Shown here piece after piece: positions 23,301 to 30,942 of a stretch of DNA of 64,000 nt (positions within the stretch are counted from its first letter, which is position 1; the number at the start of each line of letters is the position of its first letter). This stretch comes from a virus. Location of the stretch: IMG/VR virus record IMGVR_UViG_3300017917_002954, positions 1-64,000 of that record, one strand, 5' to 3'. Both the position numbers and the translations under genes were made by a program. The notes beneath the pieces are model-generated. The model saw only the letters and a program-made list of their open reading frames with translations. It did no database searches and was not told the DNA's origin.

Positions 23301-25935
23301 CAACTATGATATCAATCCATACGATAACATCAGTTATGGTCCAGAAGGTCGTCCAACATATGATCCAAAGATTTTAAATGCTATCTACGAAAGTTCATAT
23401 CTTGACATCTATCTTGGAACAAGACCCACAGATGTCAATGTAGACGGTGGAGAATATGTTGACACTTATAGCAGTCATGCACCGCAAGAACTGATTCCTG
23501 GTGCAGAGTTTGATACCTTGGACTTGCGTGTTTACACAAGACCTGGCAGTGACTGGTCTGGTGACGGCCATGGTTTTGCTGAGTACAGTCAAAATGTCAT
23601 AGTAGATCAAGTGCCAGCAGTGTATGATTTTAGTTCTTGGTACAACTTTGTTCCGTACTTTGTGACCATGACATTGTTCAACCAAACCACAGGAGTAGAA
23701 CTACTGCCTGATGTAAACTACACAGTTGATTGGGTGGCTCAAACATTCACTGTACAATCTGGTATAAATGTTGGTGACACTCTGTCTGGCACAGGCTATG
23801 CACTAGGTGGCGGCAATCAGTTGTTCAGAGAAAAGTACACTGGCAACGGTGGTCTCAACTCTGTTGTGATTCCTGTTCAATACAATCAAATATCTGAAGT
23901 TGTGGTCTGGGTCAACGGACAACCCTACACTGGTGTAAACTATGTTGCTTCACCAAGCAACACTACCACTGTGACATTTGATACCACATTTACAAGCAAC
24001 GATGCAATTGTGTTGTATGCGCTTGGACCAACCACAATCGGCAATACCACTGTGAATTACAGTTGGAGTGCTCCGGTCACTCAATACATTGTTGGCGACG
24101 GAAACTTGTCGTTTACATTGGAAAACAGTTTGGAATACACCAATCCTGTGAACTTGATTGTAAACGTAAACGGAGTTAGAGCTAGAACAGCTGCCGGAAG
24201 AAAACACATTGGCGATGGAAGCTCTGCTTACTTGTTGCCAGAACGTTTGGGATTCTCTCAAGCTATTATAGCAGACCCAGAAGTATTGGTATACGTTGAT
24301 GATATTCCTCAAACTTTGGGTGTTGATTATTTTGTTGAACCGTTTGACGGAACTCCGCGAGCAGTTGAATTTGCAGTTCCTCCTGCTATTGGACAACACA
24401 TTTTGGTTGCTGTGACAACTCGCACACAATGTTATATCAACGGAGATCAACTGGTGTTTAACCCAACACAGGGCCTAATTCCAGTGGATGGCGATATTAT
24501 CACTGTTATAACATGGAATGATACACGTCAGCAAGACATTTTAACTGAAGTATTTGTTGGTCCTATATCCACTGGTGCCACAGTAGTTGAAGGCTATGAC
24601 ACCACTGATTTTGATGCTGGCAATGTTTCAGAAGAACCTGGATCATTTGACTATGCTGAAGGTGTGATTGTGACTGTGAACGATTTGCAATTGAACCGCG
24701 TGATCACTGATCCAAGTAGACTGTGGGTGACTCTCAACGGAGATAGATTGTTCTACGGCAATGGATTTACTATTTCTAATGAAGAATTGATATTGGCATC
24801 TGGTACACTAGGTCCATTAGACGTGGTTATGATCACAGAATTTACCAATTCTACAGTGCCTGATGCTATGGCATTCCGCATATTCCAAGACATGCGTGGT
24901 GTACAAGCTACCTACAGAATCACAGCAAAGACCACAACAACATTGACTCAACAGTTGCGTCAGTACGATGACATAGCTTATGTTGACAATGCTTCTGCAC
25001 TTGATATTCCTGATCTAGAGAAAAATATCTGGGGAGTATTCACAGTCAACGGTGAAAGAATCATGTACCGAGAGATTGATTACACATTGAACACAGTGAG
25101 TGGTCTGCGCAGAGGCACTGCTGGTACAGGTGCAGCTGAACATGCCGCTGGTTCCTTTGTGTACAATCTTGGACGTGGAAATCTAATGCCAGAAGAATTC
25201 CAAAATTATGTCGATGGCAATACATTTGTAGGAGATGGATCTAGTACTGAATTTACAACAGATATCATGATTGACAATCGTCCATTGGTATATGTTGGCG
25301 GATCAGTTGAAGTTAGACTCAACGGAGTGCTTCAAGACTCCAATACCTACGCAGTGACTTCAGTGGAGCCAGTGAGTGTGGAGTTCACCGACAGTATTCC
25401 AACTGCTGGAACAATTGTTCGAATCACTGTGATTGATACCATGAGTGTGTCAACAACACAAACATTCACAGCCACAGGATCAACCAGTCGATTCTCAACC
25501 ACAATTGATATTGGGTTGGTTGAGCAACCAACTTCGAACTATGTGGTAGACAATTTTGAGCCAGTGACTGTGACATTCAATACTCCAGTACCAACAGGAC
25601 AAGTGGTTTACATAACCACAACTGACAATACTACCAAATTCAACTACTCATTCAGTGACGGAGTAGATGCCACATTTACCAGCGACATTGATTTGGCACA
25701 ACCAATTCGTGTGTTTGTAGCTGGAATACAAAAGACAAACAATGTGGACTACACTGTGACAGCACTGGACCCAGTGGCTGTTGTGTTTGTTGATCCTGTA
25801 CCTAGCGGACAAGAAGTTGAAATTTTGGTAAGAAAAGGAGTTAATTGGTACCAGCCCGGAATTGATACTCCTAGCAACGGTGTAGCTCTTCAGGATACAA
25901 ATACTCAGGCCGCAAGGTTCTTGAGGGGGCTTTAA
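11389..25935 (+). CDS. Giant (4848 aa) baseplate/virion structural protein with FG-GAP beta-propeller, carbohydrate-binding-like and many small beta domains
   Basis: Follows gp6 and starts with FLPEIFQT. It contains seven FG...xGAP/GSP blades, two W.....Y..G..V.Y....W CBM5/12-like motifs, YI.EVKPYH and FD/YD acidic repeats. Confidence 0.75.
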   Translation: MARVRTVDFLPEIFQTSTNRQFLSATLDQLVQEPAYKRIQGFVGRRTGPGVNANESYVAETSATRANYQLEPGVVVKEADNNGKIKNAITYPGITDALSLQGANVERADRLYTSDYYTWDPFVDFDKFVNFGQYYWLPAGPESVNVFSGTVPLTDNFTVTRENGVYTFSGVAGENPAITLVRGGNYTFQVAQNQKETVNYRVTNQGTSAYLIDYLPNPTLTLVRGNTYVFDLVLKGDFPFFIKTEPSLTKNNVYNDGVTNNGASEGLITFTVPQDAPDTLYYANPVQPNMQGVLNIIDGTPGTGPGFWIQTDPGVNGRIPSTPNISSRDVLGVINNGEDLGTVTFNVPLATAQNFYYTLENVAPVDLITNLKFNQINNQYVEVFLAQYGGIDGIAALDGKTVVFLNETVDAQDGGWQRTTQFDPVSPGAANAGLPGTYDTTLFDQTTDILPEQRYTVWQIRYVTTDDGSQYINLVSVRNVEQLQKFSILYGTTYSSTQWYKTAEGYFEQIPLLTAVKDVLYYQDGTDPGIFGRFKLINQDQANTLDISDILGKKTYTSPNGVVFTNGLKVQFVGQVSPASYQNQEYYVEGVGTAIRLLPVSNYVTPETYTKSSTVPYDSTGYDIGNYDASLNQPLIPDYITINKASPDLNAWTRSNRWTHIDVINATAEYNNTVAVIDNAFRAKRPILEFRAGLRLYDFGTQGKQPVDIIDFQTTDALSNINGTVGYGVDGYSFISGTRVIFAADQDPQVRNKIYTVEFITPDSVNPLIAQPIINLVPASDADVSIDQTVVCLSGINQQGKSFYFDGVAWLPAQLKTGVNQAPLFNIYDQTGVSLGNRAKYPSTSFRGNKLFSYKQGVGPVDQVLGFPLSYLSLANVGDIVFENNLYTDTFIYTKDSVSTTENVSVGVVREYLDRTVYSDQLGWNRAITKSITRQQFRFQYDGQPLILDVKALVDLEIPGVQIYVGSKFVEPNSYTVQTTSNSTTITLNNVYVPGDVIEVDVISDQASKIGFYQVPINLENNPLNENSSTFTLGTVRSHYETIGENLKDISGPINGANNTRDLGNIGRYGTNILQQSAPLTMAGYFMRSTDYNIFSALEYNSREYEKFKAQLMDTVVRNDYTNYTIPDMLTAAISDITTGRTNVNPFYWTDMLPASSVYTELKTTITPISTNEFDLTTTYDFNSSNYQSVLVYVNDVLLTYGYDYTVATDAPRLTITVPLSVGDVVRIQEYDFTYGSFVPNTPTKLGLYPAFKPQIYLDTTYINPTLVIQGHDGSKTIAFGDFRDQLLLEFETRIFNNLKIKSDIPLKVTEVIPGQFRTTDYTLSEINEILSLDFLSWVGWNKLDYKNQAFDANNEFTWNYSASGNKLTTVENNSLTDKPLTIGAWRGIYRYFYDTDYPDTRPWEMLGFSQEPTWWEDVYGPAPYTSDNLVLWDDLAQGRVADPAGEYFRPEFARPRLQQVIPTGTEGQLVSPFDSVVGYYDSSQFQKSWVFGDGGPVEATWFKSSSYPFAIMRLLALTRPAEFFSLFADRDLYKFNSEYNQYLYNNRYRLDASGVEVYGNGISKASFIDWIIDYNQQLGRNSSERLTEELKNLDVRLCYRMGSFTDKQYLKIYTEKSSPNSLNSSLLLPDESYNLLVYKNQPFERIVYSSVIVQRVDDGYAVYGYSITQPFFNILASRTAGTKTTIEAGGSVVTVPNEYTTDVVQVPYGYVFANRTVVVDFLLSYGALLASQGLVFDDRENGRSLNWNQMAQEFLYWSNQGWDTGSVINLNPTAYSLTAINPQAIVDTVIAQTPENLILDQNRTTLPVRDLVVDRYENVFKISSLSNQTISYLDLKFTSYESMVVLDNVSIFNDLIYDPVTGARQNRINVSAAVSADWNGQLDAQGFILNDNNTVREWQPNQKYAKGEIVLYKNNYWSAQTIVQPSVEFRYSDWVKSDYTKIQRGLLENIPNKADQLANSYSTDSANLESDQDLLSYGLIGFRPREYMSALNLDDVSQVNVYKQFLKNKGTIQSIQLLGNANLGKEVAEYDVFENWAVQRATYGANANRSFFELRLNEALLQSDPAVVQIVQPQQISDADQKILLSDIWRQSYKLPNTDILPTTNTTPTDTALPSAGYVNIDDVDLTVFSLTGNLGITPAVLDTIGTGTTIWAAKSNSYDWNIYRCSNVPGFVRSVSSNLNTTSTVTFSVAHNLSVDNIIVIRLFDPRVDGVYRVIGVPDLTSVVIELSLGNANGGSIVGNGVAYFLQTMRVAQASDAANLPYVNELTSGARVWVDNDGTGHWQVIEKQQPFTANYTINPSAPIVNSQYGASVAQGQNNIIALVGSPGYNSTGAVYPYVRNVDNQYAQSSILTLNSTAVVGFGNAVDIGSQNWCVAGASQSNSNQGYASIIYRAENSNAFEQSQLLVSPDADFGTERFGSAVSISQDERWLYVGAPGKNKVHAYGRIDIPEESVRYTTDGLNRIFSYNQNIEISSDQQINVVLNNRLLTYIVDYTVTGVSVVLTDVPPPGQTLIISRKTGQKLDSEVYYNVVQNSTSGTGTGAKFTVDRTRGTYSVSLTAPGINYSVGNTLTIDAATIGGGTSPANDLVITVTGVTSGGITSFTYAGSGVSNTSTFDLAPYLYSATNIFSFTVTVDGVLQRPFIDYSFAGTTLTFINNPAAGASISVFAKTYFKYVATLQVAGLPSTANFGASIASSTDGRQIAIGAPNNTVNGNTNAGSIYVFDRSVTRYVVDNVNQLTYSIPTAAVNPVAVLVNGTFLTDQDEYLNGQYSVDLGNHTITLNSSATLQVGDIIEIESNIFRLIQQIDANAPFGAANFGSAVDMCSNNCSVYVGAPNDGTVMSGAGSVERRVNQARVYGIISSTNVNPSLTAGNTIRINNTEVAVPNSPNNNVAGLASAIVAAGIPNVTATVSDGKITISVLNVEAANEFNRLTVLPGVSGTAFSDLGFDSYAYTQTITSPNPVVSAGFGSAVFVDSEADNLVVGAPRGDVYQPVTFDLNRTYFDDRSTVFSSTEVQSGVVYTFDYLPSAEDSIASPGQFIFGQQIYDDNVKPLDQWGTSVSYVNGRLLVGSPGSDLEDSTLSNFNYGRVAVFNNFERKPAWSVIHQQQPVVDIYLLNSVYMYNQLLSNKTYFFDFFNPLQGKILGVARQNINYISTVDPAKYNVGTVNNNGNFWADNNVGEIWWDITSVRFIDPNQDDITYASRRWGQVFPGSRVEIYQWVKSDVPPAQYAGPGTPYSFDSYTVNTSLTSQGIFATQYYFWVTGIDTIATESGKTLSTTGIARYIESPRSSGVPYIAPLNANTIAIYNGLEYISAQDTIIHVEYDREFTTDNIHVEYELIAQNRPDSFLSSGLYRKLQDSFCGVNSTGALVPDPTLSPPERYGVQFRPRQSMFADRFAALENYLVRANNILKNFPIVETRRFNLLNSQEPEPTVSSGEWNMRLANIEQLGYQDLAEVPVGYKYLVVSDSTNNGLWTIYTVVTSVLPGSPKTTQLSRVQTYDTRRYWYHIDWYEPGYNSSIVPITEVPVYSLLDTLTLDQAPIGSSVKVTRNAQGKFEIYLRTDTGWNRVGLQDGTIQFSEDLWNYAVGRFGFDVEVFDAQYFDQEPTIETRKIIQAINEELFVEELQIERNRTLILMFNFILSEFTNPEWLVKTSLIDVEHKIRELVPFQVFRQDNQEFVLDYIQEVKPYHVQIREFNLAYNGFDIYQGTMTDFDNPAYYNTNLLIPQFVSPILLPYTQSTAVGTGTPSSISDTPANADIWDQLPWNQWYNNYLLTVQEVIVIDGGQGYTEPPEIVISGTCIVEPTMRAVINSAGQVIGVDVIDPGEGFSTECVISFEAGNGSGARAVAVMGNGLVRAIKTVIKYDRYQYTSDVVDWQANVVYNTGEMVRYFDQVWSANSNVQGPVFDPQQWTLVNPASLSGVDRTFGLYAPTPNEPGRDLPLLIDGIDYPGVQVFGPLFSQNTGYDVGNYDINPYDNISYGPEGRPTYDPKILNAIYESSYLDIYLGTRPTDVNVDGGEYVDTYSSHAPQELIPGAEFDTLDLRVYTRPGSDWSGDGHGFAEYSQNVIVDQVPAVYDFSSWYNFVPYFVTMTLFNQTTGVELLPDVNYTVDWVAQTFTVQSGINVGDTLSGTGYALGGGNQLFREKYTGNGGLNSVVIPVQYNQISEVVVWVNGQPYTGVNYVASPSNTTTVTFDTTFTSNDAIVLYALGPTTIGNTTVNYSWSAPVTQYIVGDGNLSFTLENSLEYTNPVNLIVNVNGVRARTAAGRKHIGDGSSAYLLPERLGFSQAIIADPEVLVYVDDIPQTLGVDYFVEPFDGTPRAVEFAVPPAIGQHILVAVTTRTQCYINGDQLVFNPTQGLIPVDGDIITVITWNDTRQQDILTEVFVGPISTGATVVEGYDTTDFDAGNVSEEPGSFDYAEGVIVTVNDLQLNRVITDPSRLWVTLNGDRLFYGNGFTISNEELILASGTLGPLDVVMITEFTNSTVPDAMAFRIFQDMRGVQATYRITAKTTTTLTQQLRQYDDIAYVDNASALDIPDLEKNIWGVFTVNGERIMYREIDYTLNTVSGLRRGTAGTGAAEHAAGSFVYNLGRGNLMPEEFQNYVDGNTFVGDGSSTEFTTDIMIDNRPLVYVGGSVEVRLNGVLQDSNTYAVTSVEPVSVEFTDSIPTAGTIVRITVIDTMSVSTTQTFTATGSTSRFSTTIDIGLVEQPTSNYVVDNFEPVTVTFNTPVPTGQVVYITTTDNTTKFNYSFSDGVDATFTSDIDLAQPIRVFVAGIQKTNNVDYTVTALDPVAVVFVDPVPSGQEVEILVRKGVNWYQPGIDTPSNGVALQDTNTQAARFLRGL

Positions 25936-25942
25936 ACTAAGG

Positions 25943-25948
25943 TAAATA
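25943..25948 (+). promoter_or_regulatory. Putative late promoter motif TAAATA
   Basis: TAAATA 4 nt before the ATG at 25953. Confidence 0.55.
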
Positions 25949-25952
25949 ACGT

Positions 25953-26099
25953 ATGACACAAAATACCACACAGAACCAGCCGGCACCGCAACAGCCGGCT
26001 CCAAAAAAACCCAACGAAACTGGATCAGTATCGGTGGAAGGATTTGTACGTATTTTTGACCCAGTAAACAAAGAAGTATTTGTGGAGAAAAGAGCATGA
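25953..26099 (+). CDS. Small 48-aa protein missing from the ORF track, similar to the N-terminus of the next gene
   Basis: MTQNTTQNQPAPQQPAPKKPNETGSVSVEGFVRIFDPVNKEVFVEKRA. It fills the gap exactly, has TAAATA upstream and overlaps the gene at 26096 by ATGA. Confidence 0.75.
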   Translation: MTQNTTQNQPAPQQPAPKKPNETGSVSVEGFVRIFDPVNKEVFVEKRA

Positions 26100-26701
26100 T
26101 TCAGCCGGGCTTGGCAAAAATTGAAGGATTTGTTAAAATCTTTGACCCTGTATCGGGCGAGGTTTTAGTAGATAAAAAGAACGCTATTCATTATGAGAAT
26201 ATTTCAATCTCAATGGCACAGACTTTGGCCAACAGAGATCTAGGCTGGATTTACGTTATGGCATTTGGCAATGGTGGATCCAGTGTGGACCCAACCGGAG
26301 TTATTACATATTTGCCTCCCAACGTCACTGGTCAAAACGCTGACTTGTACAACGAAACCTATGAAAAGGTAGTTGACGACAATTCAGCATCAAACACTGA
26401 TCCTGCAAACAACAATCTAACAGTATTGCATACCACTGGTAAAGTTTATACTGATATTTTGGTCAGCTGTTTGTTGGACTACGGTGAGCCACCGGGGCAA
26501 CAAGCATTTGATAACAGCACAAACTTCAATGGTGAATTTGTGTTTGACGAATTAGGACTAAAAACGTGGAATGGTAGTGCAACAGATCTACGTTTAATTA
26601 CACATGTGATATTTCATCCAGTGCAAAAAAGTTTGAATAGACAGATACAAATAGATTATACTTTGCGTATCCAAACCTTGACCAACTTGAGTGCTGCATA
26701 A
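26096..26701 (+). CDS. Putative baseplate/tail-fibre attachment protein
   Basis: 201 aa; MAFGNGG...FDELGL...THVIFHP.QKS..R...I.Y resembles tail-collar/fibre attachment domains; tail context. Confidence 0.5.
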   Translation: MIQPGLAKIEGFVKIFDPVSGEVLVDKKNAIHYENISISMAQTLANRDLGWIYVMAFGNGGSSVDPTGVITYLPPNVTGQNADLYNETYEKVVDDNSASNTDPANNNLTVLHTTGKVYTDILVSCLLDYGEPPGQQAFDNSTNFNGEFVFDELGLKTWNGSATDLRLITHVIFHPVQKSLNRQIQIDYTLRIQTLTNLSAA

Positions 26702-26729
26702 ATATGTACATATTATTGCTGAATAAATA
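26699..26729 (+). promoter_or_regulatory. Two TAAATA late-promoter-like motifs upstream of the tail fibre gene
   Basis: TAAATA at 26699-26704 and 26724-26729, followed by a GGAG Shine-Dalgarno before the ATG at 26752. Confidence 0.55.
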
Positions 26730-26751
26730 AAGATAGGACGGAGTAAACAAC

Positions 26752-28035
26752 ATGGCATATACAATTAACTTAACTGATGGAACCATATTTGCTACTATTG
26801 CAGATGGTACTATCAACACCCAATCAAGCATGGTTTTAGTAGGTAAAAACTATGCGGGCTACGGTGAATTTTTAGATGAAAACTTTATCCACTTGTTGGA
26901 AAATTCATCTAATACCACGGCACCTAGTGCTCCTTTAGAAGGACAATTGTGGTGGGATTCAGGCAATAGCTTACTCAAAGTTTATAACGGTTCAACCTTT
27001 AAAACTATCAGTGCTGCCACAGCCAGTTCAACAGCTCCGTCAAACAACGTGACTGGCGATTTGTGGTACGACACTGTGAACCAACAGTTAAAAGTTTGGA
27101 CTGGCAGTGCATTCTTATTGGTTGGTCCAGCGTTTACCGCAGGTACAGGCACAACAGGCGCCATTGTTGATACTATTGTTGACAACACCAGTGTAAGCCA
27201 CGTCGTGATCAAATTCTTCGTTGAAGATGATGTAGTGGGTATCATGAGTAAAGATGCCACATTCACACCACAAGCAGGTATCTCTGGTTTTACTACAGTA
27301 CGTCCTGGTTTCCAGTTGGCCACAACAGTGGGCGCACAGACACCATTGTTCCAAGGTACAGCTACAGACGCACAGACATTGGATGGTGTTGACTCTACAG
27401 GATTCTTAAGCGCAATTTCAAACGACACTACTAGTGGCACACTAGGCATTTTGAATGATGGTGGTCTATCAGTTGGTGTTGATCAAGACTTGAGATTGAG
27501 CGTTGTTGGAACAACAGCAACCATTTCTAATCAAACCTCCAATGGTAATATTGCATTCAGCGTAAACATTGGTGGAACTCCAACTACAGTTATGACAATC
27601 AATGGTGCCAATGGTACCATCAGCGGTAATCAAATCAACGCCAACTATGCTGACGTTGCAGAACGTTTTGAAGCCGATGTAGTTGACTTACCAGCCGGAA
27701 CTGTTGTAGAATTAGGCGGAGCCAAAGAAATTACCAAAGTCACTGCTGAATTGAGTGATAATGTGTTTGGTGTGATAAGTACACAAGCAGCTTATTTGAT
27801 GAACAGCCGAGCTGGTACAGATTCCACACATCCACCTGTTGCAATGACAGGACGTGTGCCTGTTAATACCGTTGGCACAGTTCGCAAAGGAGATCGATTG
27901 GTATCAGCCGGTAATGGTCTAGCAAGAGCTGCCAAGCCCGGTGAAGCCACAGCGTTTAACGTAATCGGCCGTGCTCTAGCAGATAAAACTAGTGCAGAAG
28001 AAGGCACCGTTGAAGCAATTGTGACGATCAAATAA
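26752..28035 (+). CDS. Tail fibre protein with C-terminal intramolecular-chaperone/peptidase G2-like domain
   Basis: N-terminal GKNYAGYG...ENF..LLEN and GQLWWD/GDLWYD repeats. C-terminal YADVAE.F...GTVV..GG..EI...VFGVIST..AYLMN...VAMTGRVPV...KGD.LV. Confidence 0.7.
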   Translation: MAYTINLTDGTIFATIADGTINTQSSMVLVGKNYAGYGEFLDENFIHLLENSSNTTAPSAPLEGQLWWDSGNSLLKVYNGSTFKTISAATASSTAPSNNVTGDLWYDTVNQQLKVWTGSAFLLVGPAFTAGTGTTGAIVDTIVDNTSVSHVVIKFFVEDDVVGIMSKDATFTPQAGISGFTTVRPGFQLATTVGAQTPLFQGTATDAQTLDGVDSTGFLSAISNDTTSGTLGILNDGGLSVGVDQDLRLSVVGTTATISNQTSNGNIAFSVNIGGTPTTVMTINGANGTISGNQINANYADVAERFEADVVDLPAGTVVELGGAKEITKVTAELSDNVFGVISTQAAYLMNSRAGTDSTHPPVAMTGRVPVNTVGTVRKGDRLVSAGNGLARAAKPGEATAFNVIGRALADKTSAEEGTVEAIVTIK

Positions 28036-28048
28036 TTAGGAATAAAAA

Positions 28049-29050
28049 ATGACATATTCAGTAGGCGGATTAATACAAGCAACAGACTACAACGGTTTCG
28101 CAAGCACAACCTCAGGGGCCAACGTAAACAGTATATGGGGAGCTGGAACCGGCGATGCAGGATATGGTCAATCAACTACCCTGGCAACTGTAAGTACTGG
28201 CGGAACAGTGACAGCAACACAGTGGGCTAGTTTGGTTAATAGAATTAGCAGTATGGCCAGCCATCAAGGAACCACAATAACATCAAGAACAGCTCCAGTG
28301 GCTGGTAATTTGATTCAGGTGTTGGCAGCAGTGAACACTGACTTGACAGCAATTACCAATGCTCGCGGAAATGCTGCGGCCAATGGCACACAATACGGCA
28401 CATTTACAGGATCAGTTTCTAAAACAACAGCAACTGGTAGTGGTAGTACTTCATGGACTATTACATTTACACATACAATTACTTTTGCCAGCGCCGATGC
28501 AGCACGTTATTTCTTTAACGCAGGCGGTCGTATCAAGTGGGAAACATCAAAAACTTCAACTGGCAACGTAGCTGACGGTGAGTGGAACGATTTGGCCAAT
28601 ACTTTGGTTGGTGATATTTTTATTACCGGCGGTACAGGCACACAAACAATTGCAGGCACTGCATACACAGGTACAACCAAAGTTGGTGGTACAGGCACAC
28701 CAACAACATTGTTGACCACAACTGGTTGGTATGATTTGACTACTACTGATACCAATATCTATCGTCAGTTCGCTGACACAGCACCTTACACAGGTCAGTA
28801 CATCAATCTTGCTGCTAGAACAGCAGGTACTGGCACACAGTTGGTGTTGACTACTACCTGGGTTGATCCAGGTGGTTCTCCAGTGGGATCATCGGACGTG
28901 ATCAACGGTGGTACCGCAGTCACAAGTCCAGCAACCTCAATTGGTGCTGCCACAGCTCCAACTACTTTGGTCACATATTTCCCACCAAGCACAACATATC
29001 TAACAGAAGCTACCTGGGGAACTCCAACAATTGCAGCCACAGTAGCTTAA
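28049..29050 (+). CDS. Gly/Thr-rich virion structural protein
   Basis: 333 aa; I.ATDYN, GYGQ and F.....ARYFFNAGG motifs; last gene before a terminator. Confidence 0.6.
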   Translation: MTYSVGGLIQATDYNGFASTTSGANVNSIWGAGTGDAGYGQSTTLATVSTGGTVTATQWASLVNRISSMASHQGTTITSRTAPVAGNLIQVLAAVNTDLTAITNARGNAAANGTQYGTFTGSVSKTTATGSGSTSWTITFTHTITFASADAARYFFNAGGRIKWETSKTSTGNVADGEWNDLANTLVGDIFITGGTGTQTIAGTAYTGTTKVGGTGTPTTLLTTTGWYDLTTTDTNIYRQFADTAPYTGQYINLAARTAGTGTQLVLTTTWVDPGGSPVGSSDVINGGTAVTSPATSIGAATAPTTLVTYFPPSTTYLTEATWGTPTIAATVA

Positions 29051-29069
29051 TATCTCAAACGTTTTACCA

Positions 29070-29095
29070 AAAGGGTCTTCGGACCCTTTACTTTT
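29070..29095 (+). terminator. Rho-independent terminator with UUCG tetraloop
   Basis: aaagggtc-TTCG-gacccttt followed by acttttatcattt, directly after the structural module. Confidence 0.85.
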
Positions 29096-29115
29096 ATCAT
29101 TTTCTGTAGTACAAT
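29087..29115 (+). promoter_or_regulatory. Putative sigma70 promoter (near-leaderless)
   Basis: TTTACT(29087)-17 nt-TACAAT(29110); the ATG at 29122 follows after 6 nt. Confidence 0.5.
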
Positions 29116-29121
29116 AATTCA

Positions 29122-29430
29122 ATGAATACTGAACAAATGATCTCCCATGCCCGTGCTCGTTTTGATCACGCACAAGCTCGCCGAGTGCTCAAAGAAAAGT
29201 ATCAAGCCAAAATGACATTTGCACACGCCGGCGGAATGTGGCGTGCCGGGCCAGAGCTTAACAACATGATATTCACCTGTGGACGCATGGGAGAAATTGT
29301 GTTGCCTGATTTGTATGAAAACCCCGTCAAGGTTGATTCCAAAGAATTATTGGCACTGAGTCAAGAGCGATGGAACGAACAAATGAACGCCTGGCATATT
29401 GAATACGAAGAACTAAACAAAAAACGATGA
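29122..29430 (+). CDS. Hypothetical protein
   Basis: 102-aa ORF, ATGA-coupled to the glycosyltransferase-like gene at 29427. Confidence 0.65.
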   Translation: MNTEQMISHARARFDHAQARRVLKEKYQAKMTFAHAGGMWRAGPELNNMIFTCGRMGEIVLPDLYENPVKVDSKELLALSQERWNEQMNAWHIEYEELNKKR

Positions 29431-30224
29431 CCACTGGTGCTGTAATCTTTGCCTACAACAATGAAAAAATAGACTATGTGGCCATGGCTGCATGGTCCGC
29501 CAGCAACATTCGCAGGCACCTGGGCATACCAGTTTGTTTGATCACAAATCAATTGGAATCTCATGATTCATTTGATCAAGTTATATGCACAGAAACCGGG
29601 CACAGTACAAACACTCGTCACTTTTCTGATGTAGGATCAGTGACCTGGCACAATCTCAACAGAATGAGTGTGTATGATCTCACACCTTGGAATCAAACCC
29701 TAGTACTGGATGCAGACTATGTTGTGGCCAGTGATCAACTAAAAGTATTGTTAGACAGCCCAGAAAATTTTATGTGCCATAGAACAGCTTACGATATCAC
29801 TGGTTTGCAAACATTTGACGATCTCAATGTGTTTGGTCGCCATTGTTTTCCTATGTGGTGGGCCACTGTGATGATGTTTAGAAAAAGCACACAAGCACAG
29901 TTGATATTTGAGGCCATGTCTATGATACGTGACAACTGGACACATTACAGAAACTTGTATGCCAATTCTCGCAGTACCTATCGCAACGATCATGCACTGA
30001 GCATAGCACTCAATATTGAAAACGGACACACACTTGAAACCACAGACATACCCTGGGCGCTGGCCAGCTTGACTCCAGAACATCAATTGACTCAATTGGA
30101 TCAAGATCGATACAGAGTAGATTTTGTCACAGCAGATCAACGCCCACGCTGGATTGAATTGACCACAGATTTTCATGCCATGGGCAAACAACAACTGGGA
30201 GACATAGTTGCCAATAACTCATGA
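29427..30224 (+). CDS. Glycosyltransferase-like protein (GT-A fold)
   Basis: Y..MA..SA..IR...P.CLIT, then TPW.QTLVLDADY (DxD motif), and RNDHAL. Confidence 0.6.
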   Translation: MTTGAVIFAYNNEKIDYVAMAAWSASNIRRHLGIPVCLITNQLESHDSFDQVICTETGHSTNTRHFSDVGSVTWHNLNRMSVYDLTPWNQTLVLDADYVVASDQLKVLLDSPENFMCHRTAYDITGLQTFDDLNVFGRHCFPMWWATVMMFRKSTQAQLIFEAMSMIRDNWTHYRNLYANSRSTYRNDHALSIALNIENGHTLETTDIPWALASLTPEHQLTQLDQDRYRVDFVTADQRPRWIELTTDFHAMGKQQLGDIVANNS

Positions 30225-30942
30225 GCGTGGATATCTAATCCCGGCAATCAACACCGACGCTGTGGATTATGTTTCGTGTGCTGAACGTTTGAAGCACAGT
30301 ATCTTGTCTTGGCACCCTGATGCCAATATAACCATTGTGACCAAGGACATGTTGCCACACGGTGATCAAGGTGGCTATGCCAACGATTGGCAGATGTTTT
30401 ATATCAGCCCTTACAGAGAAACTATTAAACTAGAAGCAGACATGATTGTTGCCAGTCCTGTGGACCATTGGTGGACCATGTTTGAACACCGCGATGTTGT
30501 GATCAGTCAGGGTTGTAGAGATTTTTACAACCGTGTCAGCAATGACCGATCATATAGAAAAATTTTTGATGACAACAATTTTCCTGATGTGTACAATGCC
30601 ATAACCTATTGGAGATTGAGTAAAACTGCTCAGGAATTTTTTCAATTGGTTAGACAAATATTTGAACATTGGACAGACTATCGAACCTTGTTGAAATTCC
30701 CTGACGAAGTTGCCAGCACTGACGTAGTGTATGCCATGGCAGCTGTTGAGTTAGGAGTTGAAAACTGCACATTGCCACCTGGCATTGGACCACAGATTGT
30801 TCACATGAAACGCAAAATAATTGGAACACAAACTGAGGATTGGACCAAAGAACTAGTATGGGAATTGCTAGATCCAGGACTGCGTATTCAAACAGTAGCA
30901 CAACATGGTATGATTCATTATCACGTCAAGGATTGGTCATGA
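30208..30942 (+). CDS. Glycosyltransferase-like protein, paralogous to 29427..30224
   Basis: DYV.CA..L..SI, SPYRETIKLEADM (ExD variant of DxD), STDVVYA, HMK. Confidence 0.55.
   Translation: MPITHERGYLIPAINTDAVDYVSCAERLKHSILSWHPDANITIVTKDMLPHGDQGGYANDWQMFYISPYRETIKLEADMIVASPVDHWWTMFEHRDVVISQGCRDFYNRVSNDRSYRKIFDDNNFPDVYNAITYWRLSKTAQEFFQLVRQIFEHWTDYRTLLKFPDEVASTDVVYAMAAVELGVENCTLPPGIGPQIVHMKRKIIGTQTEDWTKELVWELLDPGLRIQTVAQHGMIHYHVKDWS

Noticed and set aside
120-29040. Many short antisense or alternate-frame ORFs in the ORF track (e.g. 5820..6335, 23950..24450, 26982..27449)
   Set aside because: They lie wholly within long, motif-supported genes and show no recognisable motifs; treated as shadow ORFs.
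1-29050. Bacterial contractile injection system (T6SS/eCIS) or prophage rather than a lytic phage
   Set aside because: The flanks carry phage-type thyX, small-gene arrays, T4-like late motifs and no host housekeeping genes, which fits a large phage genome.
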